Below the pieces are notes generated by a model. The model ran no database searches and was not told where the DNA came from. It saw only the letters and a list, made by a program, of their open reading frames with translations. Of a DNA stretch of 51,628 bases, positions 8,551 through 19,819 are shown piece after piece. The stretch is from NCBI GenBank assembly GCA_947458155.1, contig CANGZM010000001.1:1-51628 (forward strand), read 5' to 3'. Both the position numbers and the translations under genes were made by a program. This DNA is from Synechococcaceae cyanobacterium. GTDB taxonomy: Bacteria; Cyanobacteriota; Cyanobacteriia; PCC-6307; Cyanobiaceae. The first letter of the stretch is position 1. The number at the start of each line of letters is the position of its first letter.

Positions 8551-9573
8551 ATGACCGTCGCCACACCCTCCGCCAACGGATCCGGCACCACAGGCCCAAT
8601 CCCGGTGTCTCGCACAAACCACAGACCTGCCACCCGCCTGGAGCTGATCCACAGCGCTGAGGCCGACCCCTCTCCTCCACCTTCATCCATGCAGCCGGGT
8701 GCTGGTTTTTCGGCCAAGCAGATCGCGGCCCTTGCGGCGCCGCTTAATCGCGCCAACGTCAAGCAGCGCGAACAGGGCCGAAGCAAGGTTAGCTACATCG
8801 AGGGCTGGGTGGCGATCGCCGAGGCCAACCGCATCTTTGGCTTCGATGGCTGGCAGCGCCAGACGGTGGCGCTGCAGTGTGTCTCCCAGGCCGAACGCCG
8901 CATCGGCCGTGAGCCGAGCAAGCCCTCCGATCCACCACAACGCGACGGCTGGGGTGTCACCTACATCGCCCGGGTGCGGGTCACGGTGGCGGTTGCGGGC
9001 ACAGCGCCCTTGATCCGCGAAGGGTGCGGCGCTGGCCACGGCATCGATGTGGACCTGGGCCAGGCCCATGAATCCGCCCTCAAGGAGGCCGAAACCGATG
9101 CCATGAAGCGGGCGCTGATGACCTTCGGGAACCCGTTTGGCCTGGCGCTCTACGACAAGCAGCAGCGAGAAGTAACCAGCCCCGGTGCCAGGACGCTGCG
9201 ACCGGCTGCGGTCAGCACTGGCCAGACGCCCAAGGATCAGCCGCCGCTCCAGGGCACTGCGGCCATTGCTCCATCAGCGCCTCAGGCAGTGGCACAGGCA
9301 GTGGCTCAAGGCGATCCGGGTCTGGCCGCGCTGGATCCGGCCACCATCCGCCAGCTGCACGGCACCATCCGATCCCTGCCCGCCCCGCTACTGGCCGGTT
9401 TCACCAAGGCCTTCCGCAAGCGTTTCCAGGTGCCGGCAGAGGCCATCTCGATCTCTGATCGCATCCTGCACAAACGCCATCACGACTGGATCAAAGCCTT
9501 TCTCAGCCAGCACCAGGCCCCTGCGTCCAGCCAGCCGGACGCTCGGCCCCGGAGCACGGCACCATCTGGTTGA
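8551..9573 (+). CDS. Rad52/Rad22-family single-strand annealing protein
   Basis: SYIEGWVAIAEANRIFGFDGW and KEAETDAMKRALMTFGNPFGLALYDK. Confidence 0.92.
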   Translation: MTVATPSANGSGTTGPIPVSRTNHRPATRLELIHSAEADPSPPPSSMQPGAGFSAKQIAALAAPLNRANVKQREQGRSKVSYIEGWVAIAEANRIFGFDGWQRQTVALQCVSQAERRIGREPSKPSDPPQRDGWGVTYIARVRVTVAVAGTAPLIREGCGAGHGIDVDLGQAHESALKEAETDAMKRALMTFGNPFGLALYDKQQREVTSPGARTLRPAAVSTGQTPKDQPPLQGTAAIAPSAPQAVAQAVAQGDPGLAALDPATIRQLHGTIRSLPAPLLAGFTKAFRKRFQVPAEAISISDRILHKRHHDWIKAFLSQHQAPASSQPDARPRSTAPSG

Positions 9574-10290
9574 GCACCGAAAATCTGAGCAGCGAGGGTG
9601 GTGAACCCGTAACCACCTTGCTGTTTCCTGAGGACAAATAACCTGCGGATGGCTGGATCCAGAGCTGTTGCTGCTCCCAGCCAAGCGGGCAACCCATGTC
9701 CTCCTGCTGCTCAAGGGCATGGCCTGGTGTTAATTGGGAATTCAGAGCGGAGGCTTGGAGTACATCAACAAATGACCGATGGAAAGAGTGACCCCCTTGT
9801 TTGGGCATGCTGAGGACTGGCAGAGGCATGGGGGGTGTTGTTGCTGAGTGGTGGTGGGTAGGTCCCGCCGACCTGAGCGATGCGACACGAGCCGCAATAC
9901 TCTTGGCTGATGTAGTTCAAAGGCGTGTTCAGCCAGCCGGGGCTGATCTGGACTCCACTGGGAATCAATTGCGGGTGGTGACCCAAGACCTTGTACCCAT
10001 ATCCTATGCGCCCCTGGACACAATCAGGGGTCCTTCACCCTGTCCAGACCTGACCCCGCCCCCCTACTGACTGACTTATTAGGCCCTGCCCCTCGAGAAG
10101 TCCTATGATGCTTCGGTCGTTTCGCCCGGACAACAGTATCCCATACTCCGGCTGGACAGGTTGCCTGAGGTGGTGTGCGCTTGTCATTGAGAGCACCGAC
10201 TGAAGCCACTGACTCTATGTTATGAAAACCCACTTTTTCACAGTACTTCGCCCTACAGTTCCCTGAACTGACGGCATCAGGTTACAAGTA

Positions 10291-11265
10291 ATGCGCCGCG
10301 ATCCGCCCTGGCGTTGGAATTTGTGGGGACCATGGTCTCCTGGAGAGACCAATCCGCCCCCAGACCGAAAAGAGCAGATCAGGTCCCTTGCGGAGCGGCT
10401 AAGTAAGCAAAGGCCATATCTTTCAGCAGAGCAGAATTGGCTGCAGGCAGAGCGTGCCTTGCGGCAGAAACCATGGCGCCCATGGGTGATTCACTTCAGT
10501 GGAGATAAAGAAAGAAGCGGTTGGGATTGGGCTGATCTGCTCCTGAAATTGTCGATCCCTATTTTAATCCTTGGGCTTTCCATGGCTTACAGCATCATTA
10601 GCTCAAGCCGTCAAGAAAAGATTGCCCTTGATCAAAAAGAGAGCGATGTGGTTACTGAGTTTATTAAAGAAATGAACCCTCTTCTGCTGGAAAAAGGCTT
10701 GAAGAATGCTTCTAGAAGTTCAGAGGTGATTGGTGTTGCGAGAGGATTAACCATCGCAACATTGTCGAGGCTAAAATCAGAAGATGCGCCTAGCAAGCGC
10801 ACAATTATTATGCGATATCTAATTGATTCTGGTGTTACTAACTCTGGGAATTTGTTTAGTCTCGCTGGCTCAAACCTCAGCGGGGTCAACCTGAGCAGGG
10901 CCGACCTCAGAGGGGCTAATCTAAGCGAGGCTGACCTCAAAGGGGCCAATCTCAGCGAGGCAAACCTCAGAGGGGCCATTCTCAGCGGCGCCAACCTCAT
11001 GGGGGCCAATCTCTTTAAGGCCGACCTCAGCGGGGCCTACTTCAACGGGGCCAATCTCAGCAAAGCCAACTTATTGGAGGCTGACCTCAGCGGGGCTGAC
11101 TTCAGCGAAATCTTCTTAGAAGTGAGCGGGGCTAATCTAAGCGGAGCCAATCTTATGGGTGCGAACCTCAGAGGAGCTAAACTCAAAGGGGCCTTTTTTA
11201 GAGAGACAATTTGCCCTGACGGGGTGAAAAGCAACAAAAGGTGCCCGGTGAATAAAACCTGGTGA
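10291..11265 (+). CDS. Membrane-anchored pentapeptide-repeat protein
   Basis: Long A(N/D)L(S/R/K)x repeat tract; hydrophobic helix LLLKLSIPILILGLSMAYSII. Confidence 0.92.
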   Translation: MRRDPPWRWNLWGPWSPGETNPPPDRKEQIRSLAERLSKQRPYLSAEQNWLQAERALRQKPWRPWVIHFSGDKERSGWDWADLLLKLSIPILILGLSMAYSIISSSRQEKIALDQKESDVVTEFIKEMNPLLLEKGLKNASRSSEVIGVARGLTIATLSRLKSEDAPSKRTIIMRYLIDSGVTNSGNLFSLAGSNLSGVNLSRADLRGANLSEADLKGANLSEANLRGAILSGANLMGANLFKADLSGAYFNGANLSKANLLEADLSGADFSEIFLEVSGANLSGANLMGANLRGAKLKGAFFRETICPDGVKSNKRCPVNKTW

Positions 11266-11449
11266 TGACAGAAGAAATTTCCGGTACTGTCAAGTTTAGC
11301 CAAGTTATCTCTGCCTGAAAAGAGTGGGCGATTGATCTAGCTCACCAGGTTTAGAGATGGCAGATCTGCAGCGATGGCAACCGTATGCTAAAGGATGCTA
11401 TCCACCACCACTTCTGCCGCAGATTGGGCTCAATCTCTGTTCTATAAGA

Positions 11450-12630
11450 TTTGATTGTGACAGTAGGCCAACGTGGTAACTTGGATAAAAACAAAGAATT
11501 GCAGAACTCCAAGACAAGAAACCCATTCTCAAGCGCATATCCGAGTAGATACCATGAGAGTTATTTTGACCACTTATTAATCAAGACTAAGTACAGTAGT
11601 GGAAAAGCAACGCAGGGCACAAGAGGATTGTTCCGCTGATCCTTTTCAAAATGCTTGCACACCAGCAGCTATTTAAAATCAGCTATGAAGACCTTGAATA
11701 TCCTGGTGAATGAGAGGCACACTTTAAGGGGTTTGTTGTGCTGGATGGGATAAATAGCATACCAGATGACACCACAGTTGTATTCTTCAGAGAGAAATTG
11801 CGCAAAGCGAGAGTGATTTAAAAGTTTTTCGAGATGTTTGAGGCACATCTGCGCACCCAGAGGGTCACCAGACCCGTTGTGGTCATATCCTCAATGCGAC
11901 TCTCGTCTCTGTTCTCAAGCAACGCAATACCCGGCAAGAGAACAAAGGAACTAAAGCCGGTGGGCTGCCGGATGGCTGGGATGAAAACCTAGATCGCTTG
12001 CGACAATGAAATTTAGATGCTCGCTGGACAAAAAGAATGGCATCAATTACTATGGCTCCATAAACAGCATTTATATCGATGTTGACCATCGATTTATCCG
12101 ACGTTATGCTGTCATTTTTGACAAAATCCACGTCACCCTGATAATTTCATGTTTGCTAGATTCAGAAAATCATCATAACTACGTCTGGACTGACACAGCA
12201 TAGTTAGGTGAATTCTTTGAGGATCTTCTTAGTATCGGTAGATTTGCAAGCTTGATCGAAAAAAGGTACACTCAATCATCCACTTAGCGAAGCAGCTAAG
12301 ACACTGAATCGTGACAAGATGATTATCTGAACATGTGTAGAGCATGTCTTTGGGTGCATAAGCATGGCTATTAGTGGATAGCTGACAAGAATGATTGGTC
12401 TAGAAAAGAACGTGGCTTGGGGTGGCCTAAAGAAGTTGACTTTCAATTACCTTCATTATCAACAGCGCTCTTGTCATATAAATGTTGCTGTCAAATACCC
12501 AATCGAAAGCCTTCATGCTACAGACATTCTTGTCAATACTTGATATAAGTTTTTCCTGTTCTGGCGCCTCACTACAATAGGTTTTTATGTCCGAAGAACC
12601 TCTGCAGAGTTATGATTATTTGAGGTTCCT
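11450..12630 (+). pseudogene. Decayed IS5-family element related to the intact copy at 18615-19864
   Basis: Collinear nucleotide similarity (e.g. gcagggcacaagaggattgttccgctgatccttttcaa vs gcagggcgcaagaggattgatccgctgatccttttcaa), many stops and frameshifts, degenerate right end ttatttgaggttcct. Confidence 0.85.
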
Positions 12631-12654
12631 TGAAGTCATTGATTTTGATACTCG

Positions 12655-13530
12655 TCAATCCAAATCACAAGTGTCTGTTAATTTCCGTAACTGCTCCAAG
12701 TCCTTGCCGCTGATCAGATGGCGGCTTGGTTGCCAATTCGGCAGTTCCACCAATAGCTCCGTGCCCTGCCGAGAATCCTTGATTAATTGGCTAGCTGGGA
12801 AATAGTGGATATCCGTAATATAACCTTCGTTAGTAGAGGAATATATTTCACAGTTGCCCGTTGAGGTGTTTTTTGGATTATCAATAGTACTGTGGAGGCC
12901 ACAGACTGCATGGTTCACAAATGTCCAAACTGATCTGGCAATGTTCTTTTGCTTACGCGGAAAATATTTATAGTTGGTTCCATTGGGCGGGCCAAGATTC
13001 GCCAGATTGGTGGGCGGACCTATACGGACGCCATTGACAACTATCTCCGTAATATTAGCTCCAATCGATTGATGGCGAATTCTTCCGATTTCAACAGCTT
13101 TGCCATCTACATAACGCGTCACTTTCTCACCCCAGCCGATTCCTCGTACACCGATCACACACTCACCTTTTTTTTGAAAGACGTAAAGATACGAAGCATC
13201 AATCTCCTCAGTTCCATATGGGTGAGATGTGCAGATTTCGCCACATACTCCCTGTATCGGGTGGCCAAAGATCGAACGTTTTGTCACAAAGACAGTTCCA
13301 CGATGTGCACGATCAAAACTGTCGACAAGAGGAACAATACGATTGAAAATCAACTTACTTGGATTCAAGATATCTTCGTCAGACAAGACTTCGTTTTGTC
13401 GAGAGTGGGCAGGTGCAACTAACAATAGAAGAGTGGCAAAACCTGCGAATAGAAAGAAACAATCATTTGGAAGCGATATTTGGTCTATATATTGCCTCTG
13501 CAACCGATGCCAAAGCTTGAAAGTGATCAT
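12655..13530 (-). CDS. Hypothetical protein, probably exported
   Basis: 291-aa ORF with signal-like segment FFLFAGFATLLLLVAPAHS; several Cys. Confidence 0.65.
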   Translation of the reverse strand: MITFKLWHRLQRQYIDQISLPNDCFFLFAGFATLLLLVAPAHSRQNEVLSDEDILNPSKLIFNRIVPLVDSFDRAHRGTVFVTKRSIFGHPIQGVCGEICTSHPYGTEEIDASYLYVFQKKGECVIGVRGIGWGEKVTRYVDGKAVEIGRIRHQSIGANITEIVVNGVRIGPPTNLANLGPPNGTNYKYFPRKQKNIARSVWTFVNHAVCGLHSTIDNPKNTSTGNCEIYSSTNEGYITDIHYFPASQLIKDSRQGTELLVELPNWQPSRHLISGKDLEQLRKLTDTCDLD

Positions 13531-13699
13531 AGGCTGCGTACCTTTTCGTGGTGAAAAACCCTAGACCCGAGTGGCAGGTTCAGGGGGTGAACAAGGGGGA
13601 ATGACGGGCTGTCATACCTGAGATGCTGTTCCAAGATAAAACGGGTCAATTGACTTGTAAAGTCTTTCGTACGTCCGAGCGTGTGTTGTGAGATAGAGA

Positions 13700-14860
13700 A
13701 CTCTATGCAGCTGGATGCCTACGTGCTGCACTCTTCAGGCGTTGGCGGCCAGCAGGGCAGGGTTCGTCCAGTCTCGGAATTCAGGCCATGCTTGCATCGA
13801 AGAACATGCGGCGGTCCTTCCGTGCCAGTGCTCGTCCTGCTACAGCAGGACCGCCCCCACCAAGCGGGTGATGGTTTCGTCGTTGGGGTAGCGATCAGCC
13901 AGCGATATGGCAAAATACTTCGATCGGCTAATATTCTAGCCGGCGTTCTCCCAGGCGTTCACCGAGCGCAGGGATGCAGAGATCATCACCTGGTGGGCCC
14001 TTGGGACATGCTTTACCAGATTGCCAGCGAAGTGGAAGCGGCAGCGCTGGCATTCACAACCAAGCAGCTGACGGCGGATGGCCTAGGAGAGATCTAGCAG
14101 GGCATCGTTCACCACCAGCTTGATGTCACTGAAGCCAGTAACCCTGAAAGAAGCTATAACCTCAACCCAGAAGACCTCACTCTAGCTGTCGGCCCCCTTG
14201 TAGACAAAGCTTCCTCCGCAAGAGTTGCCCAGCAAGTCACGGCGCCCGTCGACATTAACGCCCATGGCGACGGCGGCGGCCCTGGAGAAGAACTGCTTGG
14301 CCTTGCCCAGTCGACCCTTGTGTTAGGTGGGATATAAGTAGACGAAGACGTAGCCAGTTGACTTCATTGAGTGGTTTAAGTATATTTTCACTTGATGTTC
14401 GATCTCCTGAGAGATACGACTTTGCTGCGACCTGGAGATGCCGCTCTTGGAACCCAGATGCCCACCAGGGTTTCGAGCTTGCAGTTGGAAACGATGTCAA
14501 TTTACGCTTCCAAGATCATGGTTTTGGGGGGCTTGGTCTACCTGTCGAGGAGGCACGAGTTTCTAGATTATGAAGCTGCCGGTCCGCATTTAGGGCATCA
14601 GCAAATAGATGTGGCTCATCTGTGTAATGAGGGTTCGGGGGCCGATAACCGTTGCGGTAGCCGAGCCACTCCTTTCTTCGCTCATGTCGGTCAGCCTCCA
14701 GAACGGCTGCGAAATTAAACATGATCACCTGCTTCAGGCCGTCGCGGGGCAGTTCGAGGATCGGTCCTTCGGTACTGCTGCCATCTATCTGCGAGGCCAG
14801 CACGGGTGAGGAATGAGGTGACTGGGACATGGTTTTAATGGTATTTGTAGTGCTCAAATT
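13700..14860 (-). pseudogene. Decayed IS256-family transposase (ends approximate)
   Basis: Fragments ADRHERRKEWLGYRNGYRP (N-terminal) and PNDETITRLVGAVLLQQDEHW (C-terminal) in broken frames. Confidence 0.75.
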
Positions 14861-15140
14861 ACGAAAACGTGCCTGCCCACCTCTGGCAATACCGGCCGTG
14901 GGGTCCGCCGCTTGATGTACACGGTATACTCCAGCTATGATGGGATAGGGGTGACGGAAGATCTACAGTTTTAGGAATATTAGCTCGTTATTCTAGATAT
15001 AATTATTACATGTATAGGTAGCAATCTCCGCCATTCCGAAGCCGAGCTAATCGGGGAGACCAGAGGACAAAACCAGCCTTAGCTTTGATTGTACCCAAAG
15101 CACCAGCGGCGCTTTCAACCTAATCAAAAAGTAGAAAGTA

Positions 15141-15944
15141 TTATTGACAGCCCCAAAGAACATGAAATAACATCTTTTGTTCGCGCTTACTGAGAAGAAA
15201 GTCGAGAAAGTCGGAATTAGTACTTATGCCTCGTGTTAACCGAATCTTGGCCGCATTGGGATTTAGGTTTGCCCGTTTAATCGTAAGGTTGTTCTCCAGC
15301 TCCAGCAGACTCAGGGCACTGATGCTTGGTCCACTGCGGAGATAAGAGCGTTTAAAATTGCTGGATTGCACCAATAGAGAGCTCGCGATACCAAGCAGAG
15401 GATTGGAGATTGTTGGCGTGAAAGTGATGCGTCGGTAGATTCCTGGTATTTCAATTTTTCGAACAACTCTATTAGGATTATTACGAAACACTTCTTCTTC
15501 CCGTTGCATTCCTAGCAAGGCAGAATTGACTAGGGCATAGCACTTGCCAGATTCAAGATGTCGTATAATTTGAATATAAGCTACGAAGGTGTCGCATTTA
15601 CCAAGCAACGTAAATGAGGTATTTGTGCCAGTTAAGCAATTATTTTGTTCCGAGTATTTAAATAGAACAGAAATATAGGAATTTCCCATGTCATCTAGCT
15701 TGGTGGTCAATTGGCCAATTGTCAAGTTAAAGATATTGCACTGGGCGAATACCGAATTAGAGGGTAGTGTCGAGCATTGGTCTACAATTGTTTTCGCAAA
15801 AATGCAAAACGGCCGCGAACCTTGCCTGATACAAGGAACATCATCAATAGTGGCAGCTGAAGTAGGCTTTAATATTGAAGAGGATAAAAAGATAGTCAAT
15901 AGAAGCCAGAGCGGGGTAGATCTGTATATAGCTGCATGATGCAT
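15141..15944 (-). CDS. Hypothetical exported protein
   Basis: 267-aa AT-rich ORF with N-terminal signal-like segment; downstream of and co-oriented with the protease. Confidence 0.6.
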   Translation of the reverse strand: MHHAAIYRSTPLWLLLTIFLSSSILKPTSAATIDDVPCIRQGSRPFCIFAKTIVDQCSTLPSNSVFAQCNIFNLTIGQLTTKLDDMGNSYISVLFKYSEQNNCLTGTNTSFTLLGKCDTFVAYIQIIRHLESGKCYALVNSALLGMQREEEVFRNNPNRVVRKIEIPGIYRRITFTPTISNPLLGIASSLLVQSSNFKRSYLRSGPSISALSLLELENNLTIKRANLNPNAAKIRLTRGISTNSDFLDFLLSKREQKMLFHVLWGCQ

Positions 15945-16004
15945 CGTAACTATTCTCCTATGTGATTATAAAGGATGATTGGTAAAAAGATTGAGTTTGT
16001 TGAG

Positions 16005-16760
16005 TTAGCAAACCCCCACCAGACAAGGAGCCTTTTGGCTACGGGGCAAGACGTAGCCATGGCTCTTCAAAAAACTGTAAATCAGGGCACTAGACACGCC
16101 CCCCCCCCCCACCCTGAGACGCTCTCGATCGGAGGGAACCTGGATGTCGCCGGCAGTGTCGCTAAGTCCATGGATGGCGAGGATCTCATTGCCGCTGTCA
16201 CTGATGACAGGCCCGCCGCTGTAGCCAGGCTTAGTGGGGGCGTCATAATAAAGATCGTAGCCGCTCTTGGCATTTTCTTGGGTTATCCGTCCACGAGCGC
16301 TGTGGGGAACCACTTTACCCCCATTTATCAAATCCAGATCCACGGGATAACCTATTACCTCCACCTTTCTCGATACTACTATTGATGTCGCTCGAGCCAG
16401 TGGTAACGCCAAGCTGTCCTTGCATGAGGCCAAGGGAACAAAGGCCAGATCCAGAGTCACGTCGCGGAGGAATGCGTTGGTATTGAGGCTGAGGCGAGTC
16501 CCAAAAGGGGATTGGAACAACAACGGTTCATTTGTGGCGTTTTCGCGAATTACATGAAGTGCTGTAAGCAGAACGCAGACGCCGTTCTCCGCCGGGCCAA
16601 GCACAAAAGCGCTGCCGATATCTGCTGCAGTGCTCACCTTGAACACTCGAGCAGCGATAAAAGTGTGGGGGCTTGCCTTCACGGCCGTGAGTACGAATAA
16701 CCCCAAACAGGCAGACAATTGGAACAGTAGCCAAGTTGGCCCCAGCAATCTGGAAGACAT
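16005..16760 (-). CDS. Exported trypsin-like serine protease
   Basis: Catalytic triad contexts LTALHV, LDLAFV and GYSGGPV; signal peptide. Confidence 0.9.
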   Translation of the reverse strand: MSSRLLGPTWLLFQLSACLGLFVLTAVKASPHTFIAARVFKVSTAADIGSAFVLGPAENGVCVLLTALHVIRENATNEPLLFQSPFGTRLSLNTNAFLRDVTLDLAFVPLASCKDSLALPLARATSIVVSRKVEVIGYPVDLDLINGGKVVPHSARGRITQENAKSGYDLYYDAPTKPGYSGGPVISDSGNEILAIHGLSDTAGDIQVPSDRERLRVGGGGVSSALIYSFLKSHGYVLPRSQKAPCLVGVC

Positions 16761-17436
16761 AGCAGGGACAATGGGACAACCACATCGCTATCCTAGGATC
16801 AGATATTAGCGAAGGGGAGAGTCATGGGTATGCTCGGGAAGTCAGAGAGCGTAAGTACTAAATATATACTCCTGGTGTACCAGGCTGCAGTCGCTCTCTT
16901 GCCGGCTCCGGATGCTGCTTACTACGACAGTGAATACGGTAGAATTTAATCAAGTATGTTCCATTTACGGACGACCGGCAACAGGTTCTATCGCTAGTCG
17001 TCGCTCTTTTGGCTCAAACTTAGGCCGATTCTCAGCAAGTCTTTACGAATGTTCTTACACTCCTACAACGGGACGACCCGAGGCTGTAAATATTATTTGT
17101 ACTGGCTAAACGCCCGGATTTATTTCCTTCGTCATGTCCCGACATGACCGCCAGTTAAAATCGCTGCCACAGAATCCTGATGCTCAGATCGGCGATCATT
17201 TGGAAAGTATATGTCAGAGCAGTGCCTCCCTCACCCACGCGGCCCATCACTGGACCGGATCGATCCAATGTCTCTGCTTTCTCCCACAACTCAATCTAGT
17301 CAGATGCTCTACCAACTGATGTGGGTTCAGGCAGTACCAAGTATGTGCATTACGGACCATAACCACTGTGGTGAATCGCCAAATTGACGTGAAAAAGCAG
17401 ACCTGCGGAATTTACTGGTATCATAATTGCATTTGA

Positions 17437-18006
17437 TTGAGATTCATGCACACTTATTCCAGGATGATTAGTATGCGTAGCTTGGTTGCCTGGATGGCAG
17501 CAGGGTTTTTGGTTGCCGAGATGTTGAGCTCCAGCTCGCCATCACGAACCAAAGTCAGGAAGTACGTTTGTTTGAACCTCAGCGGTGTTCCTACCACTTT
17601 GGCTATCAAGGCGGACGGCGAGCAAATCCCAGTGTTTCGCTGGACAAGTATTCTGATCGATTCTGCCGACTGGAACATTGAAAGAACGTGCAAAGAGGTA
17701 TCCGCACGACTTGACACACTTAATCGGCAGGAACGCGTCAATGGCTTCATCGAAGGCCGCAACAACGGCCGGTCTGTGATTTGCACCGCCTTCATAAAAA
17801 GCTTGGGTTGCGATCGTGTGCTTTTTAGCCTCAAGCCTTGGCAAAAAGCTATCTCAATCTTAGGCCCGTTGCAAAAGCTGCATAGGTTGAATGCTCCTCT
17901 CCATGAAACTAATACTCGCTCGTACGTCAGCATTGATGAATTGCTCAGCACTCCTCAGGATCCTGCCGTAGCACAGCCTCTGAACACGGAATCACCCACT
18001 TTTTAG
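17437..18006 (+). CDS. COP23-domain protein (start uncertain)
   Basis: YVC..SGVPTT, FRWTS, CKEVSARL, NGRSVICTA and LFSLKP pattern typical of cyanobacterial COP23. Confidence 0.75.
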   Translation: MRFMHTYSRMISMRSLVAWMAAGFLVAEMLSSSSPSRTKVRKYVCLNLSGVPTTLAIKADGEQIPVFRWTSILIDSADWNIERTCKEVSARLDTLNRQERVNGFIEGRNNGRSVICTAFIKSLGCDRVLFSLKPWQKAISILGPLQKLHRLNAPLHETNTRSYVSIDELLSTPQDPAVAQPLNTESPTF

Positions 18007-18658
18007 TTACTACTATTTTGAGTTGGCATTGGGTCGTTAGCCGAAGCGATGGTGAATTTTGGTGGATTTTTTTCATCAAGTAACCCTCTGTTCTCGGTGG
18101 CTGCTACTAGAGCCGAATACGGCAATGAGGTTGTGCGACCAGAAGATGCTCGAAAGGTTCGTCGCAGCGTGTACCGGCTGCTTGAGAGCAGAATTGGGCA
18201 AGTAGTTGGCAGAGCAAGGCAAGTAGCAGATGCTTCCCGCCGAGGCTACATTCCGCCCATGAGAACCATAGAGGAAGGGGGAGCAACCAACCTGCCGATG
18301 TATGACCCTGTCGCCCTGGGCCTTCTGCTCACTGCCCTGCTCTCCCTTGACCTAGTGAAACGTCGGTTGATGATTCTGCCCAGATCCAGGTACTTGCCGT
18401 AACCGGTACGAGGGTTGGCAAGGTTACTTGGGGTGATTCGACCTAGGATCAGTTCTCATTGAACATCACCCATTCTCTATCGACCCATTGCTATCTCATT
18501 TGCGGCGCTATTCGGCTGCCGAGGATATGACGTGGTTGTTTTGATCCGTGTTACGATTTTAAAGTTTTATTGCTTCTTGCTGAAAATCTTGTATATGTTA
18601 GTGATTTAAAAAAAGGGCACCTCGAAAATTGCTAAGTGGACTTGATTCCGGCGGAATC

Positions 18659-19780
18659 ATGGCTATAATTACTCAATCAGATCTGATTGCGACAGTGGGC
18701 CAACGAGGTTTCTGGGATGAGCAACAAAGAGTTTCAAAACTCCAAGAGAAGAAGCCCGTTCTAAAGCGACTGTCTGAGTCAATTCCATGGGAATCATTTC
18801 GTCCTCTCCTTGATCAAGGCTACGTACTCGAGCGGAAGAGCAACGCAGGGCGCAAGAGGATTGATCCGCTGATCCTTTTCAAGATGCTTGTACTCCAGCA
18901 GCTTTTTAATATTAGCGATGAAGAGCTTGAATTCCAGGTGAATGATAGGCGTTCCTTCGAGGAGTTTGTTGGTCTTGGTGTGATGAACAGCATTCCGGAT
19001 GCAACTACAGTCGCTTTCTTCAGGGAGCGACTGCGTAAAGCGGGAGTGATTGAAGAGCTCTTCGAGATGTTCGAGACATATCTCCGCTCCCAAGGCCTCC
19101 AGGCCCGCGGCGGCCAGATCATCGACGCAACTCTTGTCCCGGTTCCCAAGCAACGCAATACTCGTGAGGAGAACAAAGAAATCAAAGCCGGCAGGCTGCC
19201 CGAGGGTTGGGATGAAAATCTAGATCGCTTGCAGCAGAAGGATTTAGACGCTCGCTGGACTAAAAAGAATGACATCAATTACTACGGCTACAAAAACAGC
19301 ATTTGCATCGATGTCGATCATGGGTTCATCCGCCGGTATGCTGTTACACCAGCCAATATTCACGACAGCCAGATGCTTCCTCGCCTGCTGGATCCAGAGA
19401 ATGAACATGAATATGTCTGGGCAGACTCAGCGTATTCAGGTGAATGCTTTGAGGAACTTCTCAGCCTCGGTAAATTCGAAAGCCTGATCCACGAAAAAGG
19501 CGCTCGCAATCATCCGCTTAGCGACGAGGCCAAGAAACTAAATCGGATCAAGTCGGCAATCAGAGCTTGTGTGGAGCATGTCTTTGGCTGCATGACAATG
19601 TCCATGGGTGGAAAGCTGACAAGAAAGATCGGAATTGAACGGAACGAGGCTTGGTGGGGCCTAAAGAACTTAACCTTTAACTTCCTGCGTTTTCTGCAGC
19701 GCTCTGGTCATATTGCAGTGGTTGCATCACCCTTGTTGAGAAGGTGCCATGGTTCAAGTGATATCGTCAATGGTCGATAA
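18659..19780 (+). CDS. IS5-family DDE transposase
   Basis: IIDAT, YYGYK, VWADSAY and RACVEHVFG motifs. Confidence 0.95.
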   Translation: MAIITQSDLIATVGQRGFWDEQQRVSKLQEKKPVLKRLSESIPWESFRPLLDQGYVLERKSNAGRKRIDPLILFKMLVLQQLFNISDEELEFQVNDRRSFEEFVGLGVMNSIPDATTVAFFRERLRKAGVIEELFEMFETYLRSQGLQARGGQIIDATLVPVPKQRNTREENKEIKAGRLPEGWDENLDRLQQKDLDARWTKKNDINYYGYKNSICIDVDHGFIRRYAVTPANIHDSQMLPRLLDPENEHEYVWADSAYSGECFEELLSLGKFESLIHEKGARNHPLSDEAKKLNRIKSAIRACVEHVFGCMTMSMGGKLTRKIGIERNEAWWGLKNLTFNFLRFLQRSGHIAVVASPLLRRCHGSSDIVNGR

Positions 19781-19796
19781 AAGAACTTCTTGCTAT

Positions 19797-19819
19797 GCCG
19801 CCCGATTGGCGGCTTTTTT
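19797..19819 (+). terminator. Intrinsic terminator after the transposase
   Basis: GCCGCC-cgatt-GGCGGC-TTTTTT. Confidence 0.65.

Noticed and set aside
9600-10280. Protein-like fragments (WLDPELLLLPAKR..., LFGHAEDWQRH) in a 700-bp gap
   Set aside because: Interrupted by stops and I cannot assign a family; possibly a relic
10860-11200. 15/30-nt periodic DNA repeat
   Set aside because: Fully explained by pentapeptide-repeat coding
18049-18402. 117-aa ORF before IS5
   Set aside because: No recognisable motif or operon support
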